Below are positions 23,201 to 33,961 of a stretch of DNA of 64,000 nt, piece by piece. Under the pieces are notes generated by a model. It saw only the letters and a list, made by a program, of their open reading frames with translations, was not told where the DNA came from and ran no database searches. The stretch comes from Chrysomallon squamiferum (taxonomy: Eukaryota > Animalia > Mollusca), in assembly GCA_012295275.1 (NCBI GenBank), contig CM022671.1, forward strand, positions 32,364,001-32,428,000, written 5' to 3'. The position numbers and the translations under genes were made by a program. How positions within the stretch are numbered: position 1 is the first letter of the stretch; every line of letters starts with the position of its first letter.

Positions 23201-25211
23201 GCTTTCTGGACAATTTGCCACTAGTTGACAAATGAGGCCAGCTCCATTTTTAACACACAACAAAGCCTCAGCAAGGTCAGACATAGGCAGCAGATTTGGA
23301 AGCTCTACAGTAAAAATACATTAGATAGTTTTTACTTTTAGATAAAAAGAAACATACCTCTCTTACTATAAATAGGAAAGTTAGAAACACAGTTATGCCA
23401 AATGATAAATACTAAATGAAAACAACAGCATTAATAATAAATATTATCATTTATAGATTACAAAGCAAACAAATTAAACAAAGAAAAAGGAAACTTATTT
23501 GGATTCTGAAAATAAATTACAATATGTTTGTCTTAAATAATAATCTATACTGAATAATTTCTTTTTTTATAACTGTAAATGCACCAATTTTAAACCAATA
23601 ACAATTGTTCATTTGTTTTAAAGAGTATTTCAGAAATTATCAAAGGACTATTATTTTTATTATTATTTTTTAATCTTAGATTAAAAAACAATGTATACTG
23701 AGTACCTGCTTGTGCAATACACAAAACATCACAAACTTCTTCCAAATACACCTCACTTTCAAAAAGTTCTGACTGCTTCTGGAATGACACTGGTTTCTGC
23801 TGATCTTTTGTTTGCAGCTATAAAGTGTAAGAAAAAATATTGTAATAATCAGACACAGACACAAACACTGATAAACACAGGCAAACAGATAGACTTTATA
23901 AACACAAAGATACAGACAGACTGACAGTAAAAGGAAAGAAGGATGAAAAACAATGGGAAAAGTTCAGTGAAATTGAAAAGGAAGAGTTATATGAGAAAAA
24001 TGTTCAGAAAACGTTAAGAAAATACATTAAATCAACTGTGACAGATTTTTTGAATAAATTAACAGCTTTTTATTTAATAATACTTAACCCTTATTATAAT
24101 TAACAACATTAGATGTCAAGCAAATTGTTTTTGTACAGATCATTAGCTGCTACTAGGAGTATTATATCTGTTGTGCTGTGCTCTAGTACTTCTTAAACTG
24201 ATGAATGGTTTACCCAAATGTAAATGAAATAAGTTCAAAAAGAATCAAATGAAAATTAGACAAAATATACGAAAATTTAGTCATCAGTGACAGATATTTT
24301 GAGATAAAGGCTTCACAATGAATGTCAGTGGAACAGTTTAACAGCACTGTTATAATTACAAATTGATAACGTATTACCTATGCAGTAAAAACAAGAATTT
24401 ATTTTATTATAACTTCAGTGTCTCTGTTTTATAGTGATGCTGCGTCCTCTGTAATAACATATTCAAAATTCAAGTCTGTAGTAATATGTACCTCTGTCAA
24501 GATAAACATCAGTTCGCTAAGTAAGAGACGAATGCGACGAGGTGCATCACTGCGTTCAAATTCCAAACACAAGCCATGCTGCAGCTGAGAAATGAGAACA
24601 CTCTCTGTCTGGTTGCCTCCAATCTTGGCTCTGAAATTTAAATTAACTGTAAATCAAAATACCAAACACTTTACATAAGTTCACTATTTAAATAATAACT
24701 GATGAGATAGTTTTACACACAGATACACACATACACACACATGTTTAGCATCGTCTTTGTAAAATTAAAAAGGTTAATTAGAAAAATCTATAAATAATTT
24801 TTAAAAGTTAATTATAATAATAAACTATATTTTGAATAATTTTCAGAATTTTTAGATAAGTATCATTCTGAGATTTCAACATTTTAAAATTATAATAGTT
24901 ATTTTTATGTAGTTATTATCTTACCGTAATTGTTGCTCTTTTTTAACATCTTGCTCGAGTGCATGGAAATCTATTGACAACAGTGCCACGATGCTATTTA
25001 CGATGTCAAGGCCTGAAAGAATTTTAAGAATGTCTTTTCTACCTTCTGTCCATTTTTCACTGGAATCCAGGGGGGAACAGAGAGCCATTCGCACAAGACT
25101 TGGCAAGACTGGGCGAAGATCGGCTTCACTGCTTCGTGACAGTGTATCTATATCGACATTCTTCATAGCCAGAAAAATCTGACTTGACACAGGTAGGTAC
25201 GTCTTTGACAT
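10241..25211 (-). CDS. INTS2: Integrator complex subunit 2, complete, about 23 coding exons (first 25211-24925, last about 10419-10241)
   Basis: Exon translations match INTS2 motifs: LRPVLPSLVRMALC, VNSIVALLSIDFHALEQDVKKEQQLR, SELFESEVYLEEVCDVLCIAQA, GERQDEESLSGRSR, FGEMLFLLALHFH, DWIYKQIC...PLHP, ELKIALIAAQESA, FCKAFPPLCEDV. The junctions checked are GT-AG and in frame; TAA stop at 10243-10241. Confidence 0.95.
10448..10850. repeat. ~21-23 bp AT-rich minisatellite (TATTAATATTAAATATAACTG-type) in the last INTS2 intron
   Basis: Many near-identical tandem units are visible. Confidence 0.9.
11560..12400. repeat. ~95 bp minisatellite with two alternating monomer variants in the last INTS2 intron
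   Basis: Anchor aatattctccaaaga recurs at about 11831, 11926, 12027, 12121 and 12216, with more diverged units on either side. Confidence 0.85.
18836..19142. repeat. 36-bp tandem repeat that includes an INTS2 5' splice site
   Basis: cttact/ctaact anchors at 19023, 19059, 19095 and 19131 (period 36); on the minus strand the unit reads AATTAAA|GTAAGAAT... Confidence 0.9.
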
Positions 25212-25350
25212 TTTTTCTAATTCGTTGTAAAACAGTCTAAATATAAAGCAAAAGGCATTGTTTTTTTCTCAAAATTTTATTCACATTTGTTTTGAGAAAT
25301 ATTCTTTTTTTCATTAAAAAGAATTATCACAAGGGGGATAATTCTTGTAG

Positions 25351-25352
<2 letters not shown>

Positions 25353-25413
<61 letters not shown>
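25353..25413. repeat. (TG)n microsatellite upstream of the INTS2 start codon
   Basis: Direct inspection. Confidence 0.95.
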
Positions 25414-25416
<3 letters not shown>

Positions 25417-26064
25417 TCTTTCTCAGTAAAAAAATAAACCCAGACTGGTATATGAAATGTAATCGACTGTACTGTTAGCGATGATAGTATATAAACATTT
25501 TGTTTTTGTTTTGTTACTTATTTATTATTTTTTTTTCCTTTTATTTTTTTTTTATTTTTTATTATTTTTTTTTTTTTGGTTTGTTTGTTTCCTTTTTAGT
25601 AAATATATATATATATAGATAGATATAGATATATATGATAGATTTATTATCATCATTACTGTTATTATCATCATCATCATCATTATTATAGGTTGTTAAT
25701 TAGGGGATCTTTTCCATATACTTTTTGTCAGATAGTACAGTACATACCGCAGTTCGATAAATGATTGTTGAACAGAGCACAAAATAAAAAAAATAATAAT
25801 AAATAAAAAAACATATAAAAAAAAAAAAAAAAAAACAGATGCAATAAGAGAACTGATGATGATTTTACTGCCGTCGGTCCTCATCACAATACTCTTATCC
25901 TGATTGATTCTTAATGCTGTCTCGTATATAAAAAAATCTACAACAACAACAACAATAATAATATGAATATGGATAGACACTTCGGAAAAGGCTTTACCTA
26001 CATATGATACTTAAAAAAAGAACGAAATTAATAAAGACTCAACACAAAATACCCAGATAAAATT

Positions 26065-26070
26065 TTTATT
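26065..26070 (-). terminator. Candidate polyadenylation signal (AATAAA) of the GPx mRNA
   Basis: AATAAA on the minus strand about 130 nt 3' of the SECIS. The context is AT-rich, so specificity is low. Confidence 0.4.
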
Positions 26071-26200
26071 AGGAAATGTTTGGAATCGATTTCTGTACGT
26101 CTGCACATTCTTTAATTCGTTTACTGTTTCTCGTGTCTTACAGTTATGGCAGCACCAAACATACTAATCGAGTCAAATGCACAAATACCCGGTTTTCATT

Positions 26201-26264
26201 TGGCATCTTCAGAGCTCCCCAACCACTTTTAATGGTTTATGGTTGACTCGTCATAAACCGCCAT
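26201..26264 (-). promoter_or_regulatory. Type-2 SECIS element in the GPx 3' UTR
   Basis: Minus strand reads UGGCGGUUU-AUGA-CGAGUCAACCAU-AAA-CCAUU-AAA-AGUGG-UUGGGGAGCUC-UGAA-GAUGCCA. This gives an AUGA/GA quartet core, an imperfect 10-12 bp upper helix, unpaired AAA, an apical mini-stem (CCAUU/AGUGG) and a lower helix (UGGCG/UGCCA). It lies downstream of a gene with an in-frame UGA. Confidence 0.85.
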
Positions 26265-27997
26265 TTTTAAGACCGGAGAAACGGTAAAGTTATCAAAAAT
26301 TGTGCCGAGACAGAATCATAATCACAAACATGAAAATAAAAAATAATTTTTAAATTTTAGGTTCTTCCATTATGTTCGCGGAAACGTTCAAAAAGTAAAT
26401 GTTATTCTACAATTCTCCAGTCTGTTTCAGAATTTAAAAAACTCAATAATAATAATAATACACATAGTATTCTTCATAACAGCTGGGAGGTATCATATTA
26501 TTCTGTCGAATACACCGTTAAAAATCAATACACCGGCGTGCAGATCACATATATATATTGTGTTTGAATTCCAAGAACAGAGCAAATAAAAAGAAATATA
26601 ATTATTTTCTATGGTGAATGCGTGCGACTGGGTGCTGTAAGTTAATGTAAAACACAATAACAGTTTCACCGGATGCGCTGGTTTGTAGCAAATTAATATT
26701 AAACATAGCAAACTCGTTTTAGTATAAATTGGCTTATAACTGAAAGGCTATAACCGTAATCATCTGATATTAAATAAACTGATGATATACGCAGAAAATG
26801 TGAATATGTGTAAAAGAAAGGACATTTTTAATACCACGTTTACATTAATAAACTACTGAAAGTAGTTTAAAGAAATAATCTAATACTGATAAGAATTTTA
26901 GAATAAGTAACTTTACTACATTTTGTTATAACTACGGTTGAAAATAAAGATATGTTAATCTGACATTGTATGCAATTTATTTATCTGTAAAGGAAGACAA
27001 AACTGACAATTTTTTAAAGAAATCATCTGATTTTTATGGTTAATTAAATTAGCACTGAATTAAAATAAAACTAAGTATCTTAATAGTAACCTGATACCAT
27101 ATTTATAAATATTGAAATGTAAACATTTTGTAGTATATATAAATTGCAATATTAAAAACATGAAATGCTTTTTTTTCATGTTTTGTTAAGCGATTCAAGA
27201 AAGATCATTTCTTCTTTCTGTTGGATTTGAACAGTTAAAATAAATTATTTGATTTTTCAGTCTATCTGTAAATTCTGTTAATTCAAGAGGCATTACAGAC
27301 CATTTTTTGAATCGTAACAATATCTTTTTTCTTTTTTATGATACTTTTGATTTTTTTTTTTTCAGTAAATATTTGTATTCTGTTTTAAAAATAAATAATT
27401 TTAGTTTTCAAAGTATTTGACTTCTGTTAATATACAAAAGGTATTAAAGACTAGAACTTTGGATAGTAAAGTTATTTTTTATTTATATTATGTTGGTTTT
27501 TATTTTTTTAATCTCGTCTTACGTAAAATTATTAATTATTCTGTTGCTGTGATTGCAAGAAGTGTTATATTTATAATTTAAACAAATGATATCATTTTAA
27601 GTACAAATGTCAATTGTGTTGGTGTAACAAAGATTTTATAAAGGGAACATTTAGAATTAAGTGCGTGAAAAATTAAAATGGTAATAATCTGATGTTTAAG
27701 CATGCGTGTAACAATTATGCTTTCTGGGAACGCGTCAATCGCTGGATTTCAGAATTACTGTTTAGATTTATACTACGTAGACTTTCTTTTTTTTTTTTCT
27801 GAAGTAAATTTTAAAATTTTAAATAAATAGTTTTAATATTAACTAAAACTGTTTCAATTTCCTTTGATGCAGAAGTGTGTTTTTAGATATGTTAGTATTT
27901 TTAAAAAAAAAATTTTTTTTGCAAAACATACGAATTTTTTAAAATAAAGTTTCATTTTAAGTTCTGCTGATTCAGTGAAGAATTTATAGAATAACGT

Positions 27998-30900
27998 TTA
28001 GATTTGATTAAATTTGTGTATCATGTAATTGTCCAGCCGGTAAGCCGCCCTCGTGAGGAATAATTCTTTCTGTTCTGGCGAGAACCTGTCGTCCATCAAC
28101 GTCTTAATTATTTCCGTGAGCTGACTGGGTTCCACTTCCGACTTGATTCGGAAAACAGGATAGCCGGACTGATCAATGATGAATTTTTCAAAGTTCCAGG
28201 CAATGTCGTTAATTTTAATTGGGTCCCAGTAACTCTCACCTCTCCGGAAAGCTGTTGAAGCAGGTGCCGGACAAGATTCCTAAGGGAGAGGAAAAATGTT
28301 GAAAAAAAAGAAAGAATGAATTTGAAGGGAATGTTTGCGCAGAAAGTAACAATGATAAGAGAAGAAAAATATAGCATTGGTTATTTTACTTACAAAAGCT
28401 ATAAATGAGAAAATTATTATAGTGATAATAAATAAATAAATAAATAAATAAATTAGTAAATTAATTAATTAATTAATTAATAATAATAATAATAATAATA
28501 GCAACAACAACAGTTAATTAATTAAGTAATTAATTTTAAAAAGAATAAATAAATATATATATAAAAAGATCGACACTTGCCATATGCCTAGGAAAGGTTT
28601 CTAACATTTTACAAATTAACATGAAAAAGTGAAATAATAAAAACTAGTCATCTGCACACTGGCAGAGGTAAAAATGCAGTTAAAATATATCCTTAATTTA
28701 CTTAGTTAAAACAGTAAACACTGAATAAAGTTCAAAATCATAAAAACATAAATCATTTTAAACGTCTACGGTTTTCCACCATTCATCGAAATTTTCAACA
28801 GAAAACGAAAACTGTACCTTAAATCCATATCAAAATACAACTAGGGCCTGATATAAATCTGGAATGGCATATAACTACGAAAAACTTTAGAGGTTCTATT
28901 TAACAAGTATTAACATAGAACAACGCTATGTAATAGCTGATCTTAAGGCTCAAAACATTAGGTTTTTTTTTTTATTTGTTCAGCTTAAATCTGGCCCTGA
29001 ATACAACAGAACAGTTTCCTGTAGTAATGCTATATGTCTATATATATATATAAATATATAATAGAAATTTTAATCTCATTGTTTTTAATATCTGAAGACG
29101 TTCCCACCTTTAAATACGTGTAGAGGGGAATTTCATTCTCTCCATTGATTTCTGTTCTAGTAGTTAGATGAAACGAAGGTGTGAAAAGTTTTCCAGGGCG
29201 GACATAATGAAGAGAACTCAGAATCTCGGAAGCATTGTAACCTGGTTCTTCGTGACCAAACTGGTTGCAAGGGAAACCGAGGATGGTGAAAGAATCGTGA
29301 CTCAGTTCTGACATCAGTGCATTTAATTGCCAGTACTGAGGGGTCAAACCTGAAAGAGATGGACAATTAGTCAACCATTTGCACGGTAATACAGAAGATC
29401 TCGAAGAAATGATGATGGTGGTGGTGATATGTTAATTTCTTTTTTTTATATATTCACAACAAAACCGATAGTCATGACAAAATCAAAAACAATAGTAAGA
29501 ATGTGTGGTATATGTGGGTGTGTTTATATTTAAAAGAAATCCAATATTCAAGAGAAACACATTAAAATAAAATAATAATTAAGAAAATGAAACAACAATA
29601 AGAACAATAATAACTGTTACAGCTACAGAGTTTTATCGTAAGTTTAATGTCATTTTCTTCATGACATCATTAATGTCTCTGTCCACTATTAGTCTTCTAT
29701 TCATCTGAAATGTAAGGTTTGTAGAATCATCTCAGAAAAAGATCGTATACAAATTCTGAAGATTCTTCTCTATAGAACATTGGTTTAACATTTCTACACT
29801 TGAAAAGGACCCATTTAATCCCAGGATAAATAGAGGAATCAAATAAAAGCAAACTTTTAAAGCCTTATTATATTTATTTATTCATTCATTTATACATGTA
29901 CATAGGTATCTATGTACTGATTTATTTATTTATTTTGTTATTTAGTTATTTATTATATTGTTTTCCCCCGTATTTCAAACTGACGGATCATGACTTTGGG
30001 ATCGTTACTTTCCAAATCGTCATTTTGGGGCCCACTGGGAATTTTTTTTGTATCCCGGAGCGTCAGTCGCCCCAGGATAAACAGTCATTCTGAAATTAGA
30101 AAATTATTGATAATATTCTTGGCTGATGAACTCATATCTGCGTTCCAGTTACACAAACAGACACGTTGACAGATGAATAGACAGTTATCGCTCAACGTTT
30201 CCAGAAAATCGGTCAGATTTTGGCTTAAAACCAACAATAAAAAATGTTGACGATTGTCTGTATTTATTTCATTTTAAATAAAACTATTCAAGTTTCACTG
30301 AATCAGACGAAAGATCGTAGAGATATTTTTTCGGATTGATACAAGTTTAAAAGCACCAGATAAATAATATATAAGAACATCATGCTTCAGTTAATGCACG
30401 GAGTATTTTCAGTGCTAAATTAACTATTAAAAAGGTTTACATTGACATGTTCCGTATTATAAAAAACGTAATTTAAAATAATAATACTTAAATAAAAATG
30501 TTTAAAAAAAAACATTGTCAGTGATTTGTTATCTCATTTGAACAATATCTGATAAACTATGGGCTGGATTTAGATATCGTACACATACTTTTATAAATTT
30601 ATAAATTAAAGGAAGAGAAAAAAACTACAAAAAAACAAAACATATTGGTTTTGTTTGGTTATGGAACTGCCTGCAATGTCACAAACGTGACCCAAGAAGA
30701 GTAAGTTAAACGACCGATGGTTCAGCCAATGTTCCACGTATTCACAGCATGTCTAACCACGCATGTTGGCTGTATGTTAATGTACATCCAGTAATTAAAT
30801 TATTGGTACAGAGAAACATAACTGATGCAATTTTACATCTACTCCAGTTTTCCCTGGAACTGTGACGAAGACAGTATGCCTGTGTCTAACAAATTTATTT

Positions 30901-32360
30901 TCAAATATATATCCCACTTACAAAATTTAAAAACCAATTTAACAAACGGATGATCCCAGCTCAAAGATATTATTTTCAAAAATTAATCTGAAGCACTTCA
31001 AAAATAAATAAATATATTATAATTAAATAATAAATAGACAGACAAACAAACAAACAAACAAACAAACAAATAATAAATAATAAATAAATAAACTGTCAAA
31101 TGTAAAATGACTTTTGTGGAAAAACAGCTTTGGATTCCATATGGAAATAATAACCTTTAGTGAGAGAGCGATCAATACTATAAGAAGCTAAATTTCACGT
31201 TTTGCTTCTTAGTGCATCACGTATGTTATCATTCTTAAAGAGGTTATAATAACCCGACAATGGCGTGGCATTCTGTCATTTGCAGGATGCTTTGAAATAA
31301 CCTTCACACCATGGTTTTGTCACGTTCGTGTGTCTTAAGGTAAAGATTTGGAATTTATCGAACAAATAGAGAAATAATGCCGAACGAAATACTTACGGAG
31401 TAAATTAAACGTAGAAGAATGAATGAATAGATGGATGGATGGATGGATGGATGGAGCAACTAATAAACAGAGACAGAACGACAGAGAGAAAGAAAGAAAG
31501 ACTTACAGACAGACGGACTGATTGACAGAAAAAAAGAAACCATATCTGGTTTCGTCAAAATTATTTCTGACGTGGGGTAAAAGTGTTATAAATTTCTAGT
31601 TCGTTTTTGCCCTTAATAATGTGCTGGCTAATTTCAGAGAACTGAAGAAAAAATCCACATAAATGTCAAAGACTAAATATTTTCTTTATTTCAACGACAT
31701 TTGTTACAAGCCATTCTCATTCATCCTTTCAGTTTCCAAAATGAATTTACATTTGAAAGGAATTTTGAACAGCAGTCTTCTGAACGTGTGAGATATGTTC
31801 CTTATTTTTATTATTATTGTTGTTTTTGTTATTATTATTATTATCGTAATTATTATAATCATCAGCATCATAATTATCAGTTATTATCATCTTCATAAAC
31901 ATGATTTTTTCAGTGATTTTAAAAAAGGAAATGAACTGAAATAAAATAAAATAAAATAAAAATTAATCAAAGATGAGGCTATATTAGCATTCGATTAAAG
32001 AGCGTAATAAAGGACTCAAACAGTCATGCCTTCACTGCGAATTACCTAAGAAATATAAAATTGTTATTTGTTTTACATGTGATTACAATACATTATATAA
32101 CCCTGCTACATGTTAAAAGAATATTAACAAAATGCATAGAGATAGAAATTAATATAATTATTACCTCAAAAAGATGCAACATTCAGCAGCAAGCTAACAC
32201 GATAGTTCAGCTCGTTTTCCATAGTGACATATGTCCCGTCGATTCTATTAATCTCGAAATCATATACATTTTGATCACTTTGGGGCTTGCAGCGTGCTAT
32301 GTACTCCCCTCCTTGCACCACCCCTAGGAGCAGTAAGGGGAAAAGTCCCCGGAATCCCAT
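27998..32360 (-). CDS. GPX: Secreted selenocysteine-containing glutathione peroxidase (GPx3-like Se-GPx). Exons 32360-32165, 29349-29108, 28279-27998; Sec TGA at 32168-32166
   Basis: Spliced translation gives a signal peptide (MGFRGLFPLLLLGVVQG), LLNVASF-U-GLTPQYWQLNAL, ILGFPCNQFGHEEPG, INGENEIPLYTYLK and NDIAWNFEKFII, the canonical GPx motifs. GT-AG junctions are in phase (1, 0); TAA at 28000-27998; SECIS present. Confidence 0.93.
30303..30780 (-). pseudogene. Decayed duplicate of the TLR 5' end (upstream region plus signal-peptide coding) inside GPx intron 1
   Basis: 30338-30425 aligns by eye with 36517-36605. The ORF from 30383 reads MMFLYIIYLVLLNLY versus TLR MMFMYIIYIVLLNLY, then stops at 30305-30303. 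Weaker similarity extends upstream (30530-30570 versus 36681-36722). Confidence 0.75.
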
Positions 32361-32582
32361 CGCTGTAGCACCAGACGAACGGTTTGTGTGTTGTCGTCTG
32401 CCCTTTGGACTGCAGATACTATTGTCACGTTTTAACCATTAATACTCGCAGTCGTGCGATTCTAAATATGGGGATTTGCTCTGGAAAGAGGTGTTTTAAA
32501 GCAGGACGTATTCGTCGCAGCCAATGATAGGCCGCGTTTCGATTAAATCGATATCGTTGTCTTGTATAAACAAGCATAGACA

Positions 32583-32617
<35 letters not shown>

Positions 32618-33961
32618 TATTATTACGAATATTATATATATAAATGATTACTACACACTAAAAATATATATATATATATATATAAAGGTTTAATACAGAA
32701 TCGTCCATAAATGATACTCAAAGTGATTTTGTAACTAATATGCAAGCCGGGACGGAATACTAATGGAGCAGGTGAGAAAGAAACGAACAATCCTATCTGA
32801 TCCTCTTCATTTTGGACTTAGCTCTATTCATTTGTGTCTCACGAATGTTCTGATTCATTGTTTTAAAGCAAAAAATCGTTAGGCAATTTAATATGGTTTC
32901 TTAATCAATTTATTCACACATTTAAGATCTCCATGAAATCTGTGGAAATACACAAGAAGTGTGTGGGTGTATTGTTAATTTTAGTTAGATTTGCGTGTTT
33001 CTGGTGGTGGCGAGGTTTTCGTTTCTTTGCTTTTTTTTTTTCTCTTTGTTTTTTTTTTTTTTTTTTTTTTGTTATAGTCATTTTTAACTGATATATACCT
33101 ATGTCCATTTATTTATTTATCACAGTCATAATGTTCCTATTGTAATGATTATAATTATTGTATACATAACATTTTTAAGATGCATTCCTATATACAGTGG
33201 AATACAAAAAAATACAGTGTTATCTTATTTACACATTTATACAACCATAAAGCATAAAATACATATTGAAAAGCTGTGAACTAAAAAAGCTTTATTTAAG
33301 ATTCAATATAAAAAAAAAAAAAAAAATGTAAATCTAAATTCAATGTATTTTTGGTATTTATTTATTTATTTATTTTGTAACAGATACTGAATATTTAAAA
33401 ACTTGTAATAATATAAACAAAATATCATTACCTATGTAAGTGTTTTTTATTATTGTTTTGTTTTACTTTTGACAGTTTTATTACCTGTAGCATCAGTGTG
33501 AGCATGTGTGTGTGCGTGTGTGTGTGCGTGTGTGTGTGTGTTTGCAGCGAAACAGTGAGATGTAGATACAGATATATATGTTATTGAAATCAATATCTGT
33601 TAAAAAAAATAATAAAGAAATTAATAAAACTTCATTCACAAAAAAAATTAATAAAGAAGTTAAAACAACAATGTACATATTATATATATATATAAAATAA
33701 TAATAAAAAAAAAAAAAAAAAAAAAAAAGATTATATGACCAAATGAATAAATGAAAGTTTGTTTAAGGAAATATAATACATTTTTTGTATGAATGGTTAC
33801 TGAATGTTAATAAATACAGTGGTGAAATAAGCCAGGAACGTCGCTGACACCAGGGTGGGACATTGAAAAAAAAAAATATATATATTTATATATTTATTTA
33901 TATTTAGCACAATTTGAATGGGAAATATCCATCCTCCCACATCTTTGATGAGTACATACAC

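Noticed and set aside
32166-32168. TGA as a nonsense mutation making GPx a pseudogene
   Set aside because: It sits exactly at the GPx catalytic Sec position, the downstream exons are intact and a SECIS is present.
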